A stretch of 42,163 bases of DNA from positions 1 to 42,163 of the forward strand of contig JACPTT010000018.1 in NCBI GenBank assembly GCA_016192645.1. The letters run 5' to 3'. The translations under genes were made by a program, and so were the position numbers. Shown here piece after piece: positions 1 to 9,199 of the stretch. The notes beneath the pieces are model-generated. The model was not told the origin of the DNA, ran no database searches, and saw nothing but the letters and a program-made list of their open reading frames with translations. Source of the stretch: Candidatus Levyibacteriota bacterium (lineage in GTDB: Bacteria > Patescibacteriota > Microgenomatia > Levybacterales > UBA12049). Positions within the stretch are counted from its first letter, which is position 1. Every line of letters begins with the position of its first letter.

Positions 1-1002
1 CTGGCGGTTGTAAAAGAAAAGCCCGAGCCCGGAGTTGTTATTAAAAAGATACCAATCCCCAAACCCAAGCAAGAGGAAGTTTTAGTCAAGGTTGTATACG
101 CCTCAATTTGCGGAACCGATATTGGGATTTATGATTGGATTTCATGGGCGGCAGCCCACATAAAACCACCTCAAGTTATTGGTCATGAGATGGTTGGAGA
201 GGTTCTTGAGGTAAATACAAAATCAAAAACCAATATTAAAATTGGAGACCTTGTTTCTTCCGAAACCCACATTTTTTGTCTTAACTGCTACCAGTGCGAA
301 ATAAAAAACTACCATATTTGTGAAAACATGAAGCTATTTGGAATTGGTAGAGACGGTTCATTTGCGCAGTATGCGACAATACCTTTGCGAACTACTTGGA
401 AGAACAATCCAAAAATTCCGGTTGAGTCAATGAGCGTTCAGGAACCATTGGGGAATGCAGTAAACGTGGTAACAAAAGCAAATGTCAAAGGAAAAAAAGT
501 TTTAGTAATGGGACTTGGTCCAACAGGTCTTTGTGCAGGGATGGCAGCAAAGGCGTATGGGGCTAAAGAAATAGTGGGAGTAAACAGAAGAGAATACAGA
601 CGAAAACTAGCCAAAAAAGTTGGGTTTGATCGAGTAACAGACAAGCTTAGTCCAAAAGAATACGGCACCTTCGATGCGGTTTTAGAGATGAGCGGAAATC
701 GGCTGGGAATTGAGATTGCACTTGACGCGGCAAGGATTGCGGGAAAAATTATTGCCTTTGGAATACCTAAAGAAAATATTAGTATTGATTGGGGAAAATA
801 TCTTATCAACAAGGAGCTGTCGATAGAGTCTGTTTTCGGACGCATGATTTGGGATACATGGAAGGATACAACAAAACTTTTAGTCTCAGGGAAGGTAGAT
901 TTAAGAAAAATTATTACTCACCGCTTTAAACTTTCGGAATTTGAAGAAGCAATGAAGGTTATGAAAAGTGGAGAGTGCGGAAAAATACTCCTTATTCCGT
1001 AA
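1..1002 (+). CDS. tdh: L-threonine 3-dehydrogenase (Zn-dependent medium-chain dehydrogenase), 5' end cut by window edge
   Basis: Frame 1 is open from base 1 (LAVVKEKPEPGVV..ASICGTDIGIYDW..GHEMVGEV) and runs into track ORF 190..1002. Zn-ADH GHE motif, Cys-rich structural-Zn loop CLNCYQCEIKNYHIC, Rossmann GLGPTG. Immediately followed by kbl (classic tdh-kbl pair). Confidence 0.8.
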   Translation: MAVVKEKPEPGVVIKKIPIPKPKQEEVLVKVVYASICGTDIGIYDWISWAAAHIKPPQVIGHEMVGEVLEVNTKSKTNIKIGDLVSSETHIFCLNCYQCEIKNYHICENMKLFGIGRDGSFAQYATIPLRTTWKNNPKIPVESMSVQEPLGNAVNVVTKANVKGKKVLVMGLGPTGLCAGMAAKAYGAKEIVGVNRREYRRKLAKKVGFDRVTDKLSPKEYGTFDAVLEMSGNRLGIEIALDAARIAGKIIAFGIPKENISIDWGKYLINKELSIESVFGRMIWDTWKDTTKLLVSGKVDLRKIITHRFKLSEFEEAMKVMKSGECGKILLIP

Positions 1003-1009
1003 ATAGAGC

Positions 1010-2212
1010 ATGAATCAGATTAGCGCTTTTTACCAGAAGATAGACGAAGCAATCAAGCCGGGAAAACGGCCTTTAGTTGTTGAATCTGCGCAAGGTGCAT
1101 ATCTTACAATTGAGAGTAAAAAGAAACTTAATTTTTGCTCAAACAATTATTTGGGATTTGCCTCCAACCCTCGGCTTAAAAAAGCTGCGACAGATGCTAT
1201 TAAAAAATATGGGGTAGGACCTGGTGCAGTACGGGCACTTTCCGGAACCAATACGCTTCATATAGCGCTTGAGGAAAACCTTGCAAAATTCAAAAAAGCA
1301 GAAGCAGCCTTAGTAGTTCAGGGAGGGTACATTGCGAATCTTGCGGCAATTCAAACTCTTCTAGGAAAAGAAGATATTGTTATTTCGGATGAGCTGAACC
1401 ATGCCTCAATTATCGATGCAATTCGCCTAGCACAAATTAAAAATAAGTATATTTACAAACATCGTGACATGGGCGATCTTGAAAAAGTTCTAAACGAGAT
1501 AAAAGAGCTGAGGAAGACGCCAAAGAGTGATAATGAGCTGCCAATTGTTTTAATTGTTACAGATGGAGTTTTTTCAATGGATGGAGATTTGGCACCTTTG
1601 CCGGAAATTGTTGCGCTTGCTAAAAAATATGATGCACTTACTATGGTTGATGATGCTCATGGCGAAGGAGTCTTAGGCGATCATGGGAGGGGAATCGTTG
1701 ATCATTTTAACCTTCATGGAGAAGTTGATATTGATGTGGGGACCCTTTCAAAAGCATTTGGTGTTATGGGCGGTTTTATAAGCGGGAAGCGGGAGCTTAT
1801 TGAATATTACAGGCAAAAAGCAAGACAATTTTTGTTTTCAACGGGACTTACCGTTCCTGATACCGCCGCACTTATTGAAGCTGTTAAAATTCTTGAGGAA
1901 TCAGATAAGCTGGTTAAAAAATTGTGGAATAATGCCAACTACCTTAAGCGAAGATTTAAGGCGCTTTCTTTTGATACCGGAGAAAGTGAAACGCCAATTA
2001 CTCCGGTAATGCTAGGAGACGAGAACGTGGCTATTGAGTTCAGCGCAAAATTATTAGAAAATGGTGTGTTTGCAACTCCAATTAAGTTCCCCATGGTTCC
2101 AAAAGGAAAAGCCAGAATTAGAGTTATGCCTTCTGCTTCTCACTCAAAAAAAGATCTTGATTTTGGTATTTCGGTATTCCACAAGGTCGCAAAGCAGCTG
2201 AAGGTGCTATAA
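1010..2212 (+). CDS. kbl: 2-amino-3-ketobutyrate CoA ligase (glycine C-acetyltransferase), PLP-dependent
   Basis: 400 aa. Alpha-oxoamine synthase motifs NNYLGF and [13 protein letters not shown]-lysine context GTLSKAFG. Directly downstream of tdh. Confidence 0.8.
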   Translation: MNQISAFYQKIDEAIKPGKRPLVVESAQGAYLTIESKKKLNFCSNNYLGFASNPRLKKAATDAIKKYGVGPGAVRALSGTNTLHIALEENLAKFKKAEAALVVQGGYIANLAAIQTLLGKEDIVISDELNHASIIDAIRLAQIKNKYIYKHRDMGDLEKVLNEIKELRKTPKSDNELPIVLIVTDGVFSMDGDLAPLPEIVALAKKYDALTMVDDAHGEGVLGDHGRGIVDHFNLHGEVDIDVGTLSKAFGVMGGFISGKRELIEYYRQKARQFLFSTGLTVPDTAALIEAVKILEESDKLVKKLWNNANYLKRRFKALSFDTGESETPITPVMLGDENVAIEFSAKLLENGVFATPIKFPMVPKGKARIRVMPSASHSKKDLDFGISVFHKVAKQLKVL

Positions 2213-2213
2213 T
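2205..2213 (+). promoter_or_regulatory. Extended -10 element TGcTATAAT, 8 nt upstream of the murB ATG (leaderless-type layout)
   Basis: Sequence gTGcTATAAT at 2205..2213 overlaps the kbl stop codon. No Shine-Dalgarno between it and ATG 2222. Confidence 0.4.
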
Positions 2214-2221
2214 ATCCTCGC

Positions 2222-3199
2222 ATGGACGTCTATAGAGATTTTCCCCTGTCAAAAATTCTTTATTACAAAATTGGCGGGAAAGCGAGTTTTGTTCTTAAAG
2301 TTCAAAATAAGGAAGACCTTTTAGACGCTCTTGGTTTTATTCAAAAGAACAAGGTTAAAAAGATACTGCCGATTGGACTCGGTTCAAACCTCTTAGTCAG
2401 CGATGAGCCTTTCAAAGGGGCAGTTCTTTGGTTCTCCAGAGAAGAATTAAAAGGCAAAAATTCAACTCTCAAGCTTCATTCGGGAAATATTATCGAGACA
2501 TTTGCAAGTGTTTTACTTGATGATCTGATTCAATTTTCGTTTGCCCATAATTTAATCGGCCTTGAATGGGCAGGAGGGTTGCCAAGTACGGTTGGCGGAG
2601 CAATTCGGGGAAATGCGGGAGCTTTTGGCTCGGAAATAAAAGACAGCGTTTACGAAGTCGAAGTTCTAGATCTATCAAACGAGAACTATTTAATAAAAAC
2701 CTTTAGCAATGACGATCTTCAATTTTCTTATAGAAACAGCCTACTAAAAAAAAATAAAAACTTAATCGCTGTTAGTGGTTTTTTTAAGCTTAAAAAAGCA
2801 AATAAAGAAGATGTTGAGATGGCAAAACAAGTTTATTTTTCTTATATAGAGCATAGGAAGAAATATAATCCGCTGGAATATCCTTCGTGCGGTTCGGTTT
2901 TTCAGAACATAACAGAAAAAGAGAAAACAGAGGCGATTCTTGCCAAATGGCCCGATGTTGAAGATCTGGTCAGTAAAAAATGGCATGGAAAGGTGGCAAT
3001 GGGGTATATAATCAATCGGCTTGGATTTTCGGGAATGAGAATAGGAGGAGCAGAAGTTTCCCAAAAACACGCTAATTATATTCTTAATAAAAACAAAGCA
3101 AGATTTAACGATGTTCTATCAATCATAGATAAAATAAAAGCCAAATTTTCCCAAACCTTCGGTTTTCCTCCGGAATTGGAACTTGAAATTGTTAAATAA
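2222..3199 (+). CDS. murB: UDP-N-acetylenolpyruvoylglucosamine reductase
   Basis: 325 aa. FAD-binding YKIGGKA and GLGSNLLV, GGLPSTVGGAIRGNAGAFG, and C-terminal SCGSVFQN, typical of MurB. Confidence 0.85.
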   Translation: MDVYRDFPLSKILYYKIGGKASFVLKVQNKEDLLDALGFIQKNKVKKILPIGLGSNLLVSDEPFKGAVLWFSREELKGKNSTLKLHSGNIIETFASVLLDDLIQFSFAHNLIGLEWAGGLPSTVGGAIRGNAGAFGSEIKDSVYEVEVLDLSNENYLIKTFSNDDLQFSYRNSLLKKNKNLIAVSGFFKLKKANKEDVEMAKQVYFSYIEHRKKYNPLEYPSCGSVFQNITEKEKTEAILAKWPDVEDLVSKKWHGKVAMGYIINRLGFSGMRIGGAEVSQKHANYILNKNKARFNDVLSIIDKIKAKFSQTFGFPPELELEIVK

Positions 3200-3228
3200 A
3201 TGTGCTAATTTTAATTAGGTGATATTTC

Positions 3229-3405
3229 ATGAAGATTAAAGATAGGCTTCCTATTGTTTCTCGTAAGAAGAAAATAGACTTAAAGAAATTCGAGGCACTC
3301 GCTAAGAGGGTAAAGAAGTCTTTTGAAGAAGAGAATAAATATAGAGAAGAAAAAATAAGTAGAAATGAAAATAATAACCCCACAGGATTTTCATTCGGCT
3401 ACTAG
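3229..3405 (+). CDS. Small 58-aa Lys/Glu-rich ORF, candidate antitoxin partner of the PIN protein (below the ORF-track size cutoff)
   Basis: Hand translation gives MKIKDRLPIVSRKKKIDLKKFEALAKRVKKSFEEENKYREEKISRNENNNPTGFSFGY. SD-like TAGGTGAT lies 5-6 nt upstream of the ATG. The ORF overlaps the PIN ORF start by 41 nt. No recognisable family. Confidence 0.35.
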   Translation: MKIKDRLPIVSRKKKIDLKKFEALAKRVKKSFEEENKYREEKISRNENNNPTGFSFGY

Positions 3406-3856
3406 CGGCAAACACATACTTCTTGATACAAGCATTTTTATAGATGCTTTTTTACATCCTTCGGAATTTGCTGAGTTTTTCAATAAACTAAAAGATCGTA
3501 ATTGCACACTTGTTACAATTAAGCCTGTTCTAATAGAATTTGTAAAAGGAACAACAACTGATAAAAAACTTGATGAAAAGAAATCTTTTGTAGAATCAAT
3601 TATCGAGAGTTATCTACCTGTGACCGATGATATTTTTGATAATTCTCTTGATCTTATTGAACAGTACAGAATTGAGGGTAAAGATCTTTCTTTAACGGAT
3701 TTTATTTTGGGAGGAGTAGTGTTGAAATACAAAAGAAGTATTTATCTTTTAACAAAAGATATAAGCGATTTTCCCACAAATATTTTTACAATGCTTACAT
3801 ATTTTAACTTGTTTCATAGAAAAGCTATTCAGAACATAGGAGTTTATTCTGCTTGA
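3365..3856 (+). CDS. PIN-domain protein (VapC-like ribonuclease toxin)
   Basis: 163 aa. N-terminal ILLDTSIFIDAF (first acidic PIN motif), later IEF, LTDF and TKDISDF acidic positions spaced as in PIN domains. Confidence 0.65.
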   Translation: MKIITPQDFHSATSGKHILLDTSIFIDAFLHPSEFAEFFNKLKDRNCTLVTIKPVLIEFVKGTTTDKKLDEKKSFVESIIESYLPVTDDIFDNSLDLIEQYRIEGKDLSLTDFILGGVVLKYKRSIYLLTKDISDFPTNIFTMLTYFNLFHRKAIQNIGVYSA

Positions 3857-3926
3857 CATTATGAATAATTTATGTTACGATTTAAATCGTCAATATGAAT
3901 ATAAATATTATTAGTGCTGTAAAGAC

Positions 3927-3967
3927 AACCAAGAAAGAAACCTCTGCGAGGGGTTTTTGTCTTGGTT
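3927..3967 (+). terminator. Nested stem-loop with internal U-run downstream of the PIN gene
   Basis: AACCAAGA (3927..3934) pairs with TCTTGGTT (3960..3967). These enclose the CCTC-tgc-GAGG hairpin followed by TTTTT. Confidence 0.35.
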
Positions 3968-4004
3968 TATTTAGTTAAGTAGTAATTTCAGGAATCAAAA
4001 CTAA

Positions 4005-4026
4005 CCCCTCAAACGAGGGGTTTTTT
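4005..4026 (+). terminator. Rho-independent terminator
   Basis: CCCCTC-aaac-GAGGGG followed by TTTTTT. Confidence 0.7.
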
Positions 4027-4044
4027 AGTGGGAAAGAGATTAAT

Positions 4045-5049
4045 ATGGCAATTTCAGAAAGATTTTTACAAAGTGGGCCTATGCCATCTGGTTCAGTAGA
4101 AGGAATTGGCGCAAAAGAAAAAGAGCCAATTAATAATATCTGTGTTATGAAATTTGGCGGCACATCTGTAGGTAGCGCGGAGGCAATTGAAAGAGTTGCT
4201 GGAATTGTTGAAGCGTACAGAAGAAATGGGAATCCGATAGTTGTCGTTGTTTCGGCAATGAGCGGCGTGACAGAGGAGTTAATAAAAGTTTGTGACAATA
4301 TTGCAGTACAAAATAATCAAGGAGCAATAGAGTTAATTAATAATCTTCAAGAGCGGCACTTTAGCACTTGTTTGCAACTTAATATGCCTTCTTTATGGAA
4401 ATTAGATTTGCAAGGAGAGTTAAATTCTTTATTCGATCAACTTCGGGAAGAAGCAAATCGGGACGGCTTAATGTTGGATGGAAGAAGAGATAGTATCCTT
4501 TCCTTTGGAGAAAGATTAAGCGCCAAAATTGTAGCAGCAAGACTAGGATTACTAGCGGAACCCGTAGATGCTTCAATAATTATCGAGACAAATGACAAAT
4601 TTGGGGATGCAGCTCCTAATATGAAAAGAACAAGAAAAAATGTTAGAGAAGCAATTCCTAATCTAATTCGAAGAGGCAGAATACCTGTTATTACGGGATT
4701 TATAGGAGCAACGCCCGATGGAAGAAGAACAACTTTAGGTCGAGGAGGATCTGATTATACAGCATCAATTCTTGGTTGGGCTTTGGGATCAAGAGAGGTT
4801 TTTATCTGGACGGATGTTGATGGGGTTTATTCCGGTGATCCCAGAAAAGATCCGACCGCCGTATTAATCCCGGAAATGTCGTTTGTGGAAGCAGATAAAG
4901 TAGCTAGGAATGGGGGAAAGGTTTTGTGTCCAAAAACACTAGAACCGTTTCTAGGTTTAAATGGCGATGCAAAAACTGTTGTATGGGTAAAAAATACTTT
5001 TAACCCAGATTCACAAGGCACACGAATTTCTCACTCTTCTCAATTATAA
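4045..5049 (+). CDS. Aspartate kinase catalytic domain only (no ACT regulatory domains)
   Basis: Motifs VMKFGGTSVGSAEAIERVA, VVVVSAMSGVTEELI, GRGGSDYTASILG, IWTDVDGVYSGDPR and NTFNPDSQGTRI match the aspartokinase amino-acid-kinase fold. The ORF ends right after the catalytic domain. ATG 4045 has a GGAAAGAG SD-like element. An alternative start at ATG 4147 would give the canonical MKFGGTS N-terminus. Confidence 0.75.
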   Translation: MAISERFLQSGPMPSGSVEGIGAKEKEPINNICVMKFGGTSVGSAEAIERVAGIVEAYRRNGNPIVVVVSAMSGVTEELIKVCDNIAVQNNQGAIELINNLQERHFSTCLQLNMPSLWKLDLQGELNSLFDQLREEANRDGLMLDGRRDSILSFGERLSAKIVAARLGLLAEPVDASIIIETNDKFGDAAPNMKRTRKNVREAIPNLIRRGRIPVITGFIGATPDGRRTTLGRGGSDYTASILGWALGSREVFIWTDVDGVYSGDPRKDPTAVLIPEMSFVEADKVARNGGKVLCPKTLEPFLGLNGDAKTVVWVKNTFNPDSQGTRISHSSQL

Positions 5050-5071
5050 TAGTAATGTTTATAATACAATT

Positions 5072-7330
5072 ATGTTTTGGGCGGATAAAGTTGCAGAAGA
5101 ATTAAAAAAGAGAAAATTGCCGCTTGAGTGGGTTGATGACATGAAGACTCCAAGCGGTCGGATTCATGTGGGAGCGCTTCGTGGCGTTGTTATTCATGAT
5201 CTAGTTTATAAATCCCTTAAAGAGATTGGACTAAAAGCAAAATATACCTATGTTTTTGATAATCATGACCCAATGGATGCGCTCCCTGTGTATTTGCCAA
5301 AAGAAAAATTCGAAAAATACTTAGGCATGCCTCTTTATAAAGTTCCTTCTCCTATTTCTGGGTTCAATAACTACGCAGAGTATTACGCCAAAGAGTTTCA
5401 GAGCGTCTTTAATGCTATTGGATCTGATCCAGAGATTATTTGGGCTACAGATTTATATTTAAGTGGGAAAATGAATGATGTTATAAGAGAATGTTTAGAC
5501 AAAGCAGATATTATAAGGAAGATTTATAAAGAGTTATACAAAAAAGAAATGCCAAAAGATTGGTACCCGTTTAATGTTTATTGCCCAAAATGCGGTAAGG
5601 TTTCAACAACAAAAGTTTATGACTGGAATGGAGAAAAGGTTTCGTTTGTTTGTGAAGTAGAGCGAGTCAAATGGACAAAAGGCTGTGGGCTTAGCGGTTC
5701 GGTTTCTCCATTTAGCAATAAAGATGGTATTTCGGGAAAGCTTCCTTGGAAGATTGAATGGGCGGCAAAGTGGAAAGCACTTGGGATTACTGTTGAGGGC
5801 GCTGGGAAAGATCATATGAGCAAAGGCGGCTCGCACGATCTTGCATCACTTGTTTGTAAACGAGTTCTAAATTACATGGTCCCTTACCCAATTGCCTACG
5901 AGTGGTTTTTGGTTGGTGGGCGAAAAATGTCAACTTCAAAAGGAGTTGGTTCTTCAGCAGCAGAGATGATAGAAATATTACCTGCTGAGATTTTGCGATT
6001 TTTGATGGTAAAAACAAAGATCAATCAACAGATTAATTTTGACCTTTCTGGTGATACTATTCCGAAGTTGTTTGATGAGTATCAAGAAGCAGCTTTTTCT
6101 AAAGATTCAGATATGCAAAGAATATTTGAGTTATCTCAGGTCGGCGCAGTAAAGAAGATTTCGGAGGTTAGGTTTTTGACTCTTGCGCAATGGGTGCAGA
6201 TGCCGAATATGGAGGCAAAAATAAAAGCGGAAAAACTAGAGGAGTGGGCAAAGTATGCAAGGATTTGGGTAGAAAAATATGCACCGGAGTCAGAAAGATT
6301 TTTAGTTCAGAAACAAGTGCCAACTCAAGCAAAAAATTTATCACCAGAACAAAAAGAATTCCTTAAAAAAATTTCATCAGAACTTGATAAAGATTGGGAA
6401 GCAGAGAATTTTCAAAAAAATCTTTATGAGTGGGCAAAAGAGCTTGGTTTACCATCAAAAGATGCATTTTCGGCAATTTATCTATCTTTAATTGGCAAAG
6501 ACCACGGTCCCAAAGCCGGTTGGCTCATTTTGTCTTTGGACAAAGAGTTTGTTCAAAAAAGGTTCCAAGACATCTACTCTAATGATACGTATCATCATAG
6601 TGGTAAGGACTTACCTACAGATTCGATTCATTTTATTAATAAACCAGAAATTTTTTTTATTGATGAAGATCTTAAGAAAAAATTTCCGTCGGTTTCAATT
6701 GGCGTTGCAGTTATCAAAGGCGTAAGAATTGAAAAAGCGAATCCAGGCTTAGAGAAAGAGAAAGAGAAATTATTACAATCTTTGAAAGGATTAACAACAG
6801 AGCAATTAGGGCAATATCCGGAAGTTCAAAGTTACCGAAAATTATATAAAGCGATGGGGATTGATTGGCATTCAAGACGTCCTAGTCCAGAAGCGATGCT
6901 TAGGCGAATCGTTCTTAAGAAGAGTTTATACGATGTTAATACCTGTGTTGATGCATATAATCTTGTCGTTATGAAACACCGGGTTTCGGTTGGAGCATTT
7001 GATTACGATAAGATTCGGTTTCCAACCATCCTTCGGATGACAAAAGAGGGAGAAGAAATTCACTTATTGGGCGAAGAACAACAAACGAAATTTAAAGAGG
7101 GAGAAATTGCTTACTTTGACCAAGTGGGCGCATTCAATATGGATTTTAACTATCGAGATGCACAACGAACTGCTGTTCAATTAAACACAAGAAATCTCTA
7201 TATAAATGTTGATGGCGTATATGATATTACGCCAGGAAAGGTAGAGCAGGTGCTTCAAGAAGCATGTAGCATGATCATAAAATATTGCGGTGGAAAGCTT
7301 GAAGTATTTGGAGTTGAAACTGCTTCATAA
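5072..7330 (+). CDS. lysK: Class I lysyl-tRNA synthetase fused to a C-terminal B3/B4 (PheT-like) domain
   Basis: 752 aa. Class I LysRS signatures PSGRIHVGALRG (HIGH-like) and KMSTSKG (KMSKS). The C-terminal ~220 aa (about 6660..7330) carries B3/4-type motifs VDAYNLVVMKHRVSVGAFDYDKI and EGEEIHLLGEE. Confidence 0.8.
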   Translation: MFWADKVAEELKKRKLPLEWVDDMKTPSGRIHVGALRGVVIHDLVYKSLKEIGLKAKYTYVFDNHDPMDALPVYLPKEKFEKYLGMPLYKVPSPISGFNNYAEYYAKEFQSVFNAIGSDPEIIWATDLYLSGKMNDVIRECLDKADIIRKIYKELYKKEMPKDWYPFNVYCPKCGKVSTTKVYDWNGEKVSFVCEVERVKWTKGCGLSGSVSPFSNKDGISGKLPWKIEWAAKWKALGITVEGAGKDHMSKGGSHDLASLVCKRVLNYMVPYPIAYEWFLVGGRKMSTSKGVGSSAAEMIEILPAEILRFLMVKTKINQQINFDLSGDTIPKLFDEYQEAAFSKDSDMQRIFELSQVGAVKKISEVRFLTLAQWVQMPNMEAKIKAEKLEEWAKYARIWVEKYAPESERFLVQKQVPTQAKNLSPEQKEFLKKISSELDKDWEAENFQKNLYEWAKELGLPSKDAFSAIYLSLIGKDHGPKAGWLILSLDKEFVQKRFQDIYSNDTYHHSGKDLPTDSIHFINKPEIFFIDEDLKKKFPSVSIGVAVIKGVRIEKANPGLEKEKEKLLQSLKGLTTEQLGQYPEVQSYRKLYKAMGIDWHSRRPSPEAMLRRIVLKKSLYDVNTCVDAYNLVVMKHRVSVGAFDYDKIRFPTILRMTKEGEEIHLLGEEQQTKFKEGEIAYFDQVGAFNMDFNYRDAQRTAVQLNTRNLYINVDGVYDITPGKVEQVLQEACSMIIKYCGGKLEVFGVETAS

Positions 7331-7336
7331 TGATCA

Positions 7337-9199
7337 ATGAAAAAACTTCTAATTGCGAAGCAACAAGCTTTGCTTATTGCTACAAAAAATGAAGGAAAGC
7401 TTCAAGAATTAAAAAGCTTTTTGTCGGATTTACCTCTTAAGCTTGTTTCCCTTTCGGATGTTGCTATTACTGAAGATTTTGAAGAAACAGGAGAAACATA
7501 TGAAGAAAATTCGCAGAAAAAAGCTTTGTTCTATGCAAGACTTAGCGGCATTCCAGCGATTGCTGATGATGGCGGCATTGAGATAGTCGCTTTAAATGGA
7601 GCGCCTGGGATTAAATCAAGGCGTTGGTTAGGGCATGAGGCAACAGATTACGAGTTAATTTCACATATGAAGAGAGTTTCTCGGGAACTCCCGAATAATA
7701 ATCGTAAGTCTTTTTTTCGAACCGTTATTTCCTTTGCGCTTTCCGATGGCAAAGTTTGGAGCGCTGAAGGTTCGATTGCGGGAATTATTACAGAGAAATC
7801 CTACCCCAAACTTCTAAAAGGCTATCCCTATCGTTCATTTTTTTATCTCCCAACGATTAAAAAATACTATCACGAGGATGAATTATCAGAAAAAGAGCAA
7901 AAGTTGTATAATCATAGATATAAGGCAATACGGAAGTTAAGACCGATCATAAAAAAAAGAATAATGATAGATATTAAATTTCTACGAGAAAATCCAGATA
8001 AGGTTCAAAAAGCAGCGAAAGATAAAGGTTTTGATGTTGACATAGCCCATCTTTTAGAAATAGATGCAAAGAAAAAAGAACTTACGTTTTCTGTTCAGCG
8101 AATTCGGGAAGAAAGAAATCGGTTTGCGCGGGAGAAAAATATCGAAGAGGGAAAAAGGTTGAAAGACAGACTTGAAAAAGAAGAACATGCGCTAAAGGCT
8201 GTCGAAGAAGAGCTTGATGAATGGCTTTCTAAAGTTCCAAATCCAGCAAAACCCGATGTAAAAGTTGGGGAAGATGAGTCAGAGAATGAGATTATAAAAA
8301 CTTGGGGTAAGCCGAAAAAGTTTGATTTTACTCCAAAAGACCATTTAGAGCTTGGAGAAATCTTGGATATTATCGATGTTAAGCGTGCCGCCAAGGTTTC
8401 AGGAGCACGTTTCTACTATCTAAAAAATAAAGGAGCACTTTTAGAGTTCGCTCTTATTAATCTCGTATTTGAGATTCTTTTAAAAGAAGGATTTACGCCT
8501 GTTATTCCTCAGGTTTTGATCAAAAAAGAAGTTATGAAGGGATTAGGTTATACGGAATACGGAACAGATGAGGACATATTTTATATAGAAAAAGATGAGC
8601 TTTTTTTGGTGGGAACTGCGGAGCATGCAATCGTTCCGATGCATAAAGATGAATTGTTTAACCAAAAAGATTTACCAAAAAGATATGTGGGTTTTTCAAC
8701 CTGTTTTCGAAGAGAAGCAGGAAGTTACGGAAAAGACACGCGGGGAATTTTGCGGGTTCATCAGTTTGATAAAGTCGAGATGGTTTCATTTGTTAAAGAA
8801 GGCGAAGACGACAAAGAGCAGGAATATCTTTTATCTTTGGAGGAAAAACTTTTTCAAATGCTTGATATTCCCTATCGGGTTGTGAAAATGTGCACTGGTG
8901 ATTTAGGATTCCCGGCGGTTAGGAAATATGATATTGAAGCTTGGATTCCAACACAAAATAAATATCGCGAGGTTACTTCTGTTTCGACAGTTACAGATTT
9001 TCAATCAAGAAGGCTTAATATTCGGTATCAAGAAGGGCAAGAGAAAAAATATGCATATGTTTTAAATGGTACTGCATTTGCAATGCCCCGAACAATTATT
9101 GCGATTTTAGAAAATTATCAAGACCAAGATGGTTTAATAACAGTACCGGAAGTTTTGCGAAAATATATTGGTAGTTCTTCGATAAAACCTCAGAAATAA
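7337..9199 (+). CDS. serS: Single ORF fusing an RdgB/HAM1-type non-canonical NTP pyrophosphatase (aa 1-~205) to seryl-tRNA synthetase (from M210)
   Basis: N-terminal LIATKNEGKLQELKSFL and ADDGGIEI are of the ITPase family. From ATG 7964, MIDIKFLRENPDKV, the coiled-coil arm and class II motifs (FRREAGSYGKDTRGILRVHQF, GTAFAMPRTIIAILEN) indicate SerS. An A8 run at 7951..7958 sits at the junction. Confidence 0.8.
   Translation: MKKLLIAKQQALLIATKNEGKLQELKSFLSDLPLKLVSLSDVAITEDFEETGETYEENSQKKALFYARLSGIPAIADDGGIEIVALNGAPGIKSRRWLGHEATDYELISHMKRVSRELPNNNRKSFFRTVISFALSDGKVWSAEGSIAGIITEKSYPKLLKGYPYRSFFYLPTIKKYYHEDELSEKEQKLYNHRYKAIRKLRPIIKKRIMIDIKFLRENPDKVQKAAKDKGFDVDIAHLLEIDAKKKELTFSVQRIREERNRFAREKNIEEGKRLKDRLEKEEHALKAVEEELDEWLSKVPNPAKPDVKVGEDESENEIIKTWGKPKKFDFTPKDHLELGEILDIIDVKRAAKVSGARFYYLKNKGALLEFALINLVFEILLKEGFTPVIPQVLIKKEVMKGLGYTEYGTDEDIFYIEKDELFLVGTAEHAIVPMHKDELFNQKDLPKRYVGFSTCFRREAGSYGKDTRGILRVHQFDKVEMVSFVKEGEDDKEQEYLLSLEEKLFQMLDIPYRVVKMCTGDLGFPAVRKYDIEAWIPTQNKYREVTSVSTVTDFQSRRLNIRYQEGQEKKYAYVLNGTAFAMPRTIIAILENYQDQDGLITVPEVLRKYIGSSSIKPQK

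Noticed and set aside
3857-4044. Lysine riboswitch (L-box) or other leader upstream of the aspartokinase gene
   Set aside because: Only two terminator-like hairpins are visible. I could not find the conserved L-box core segments, and the structures are more simply explained as terminators of the PIN unit.
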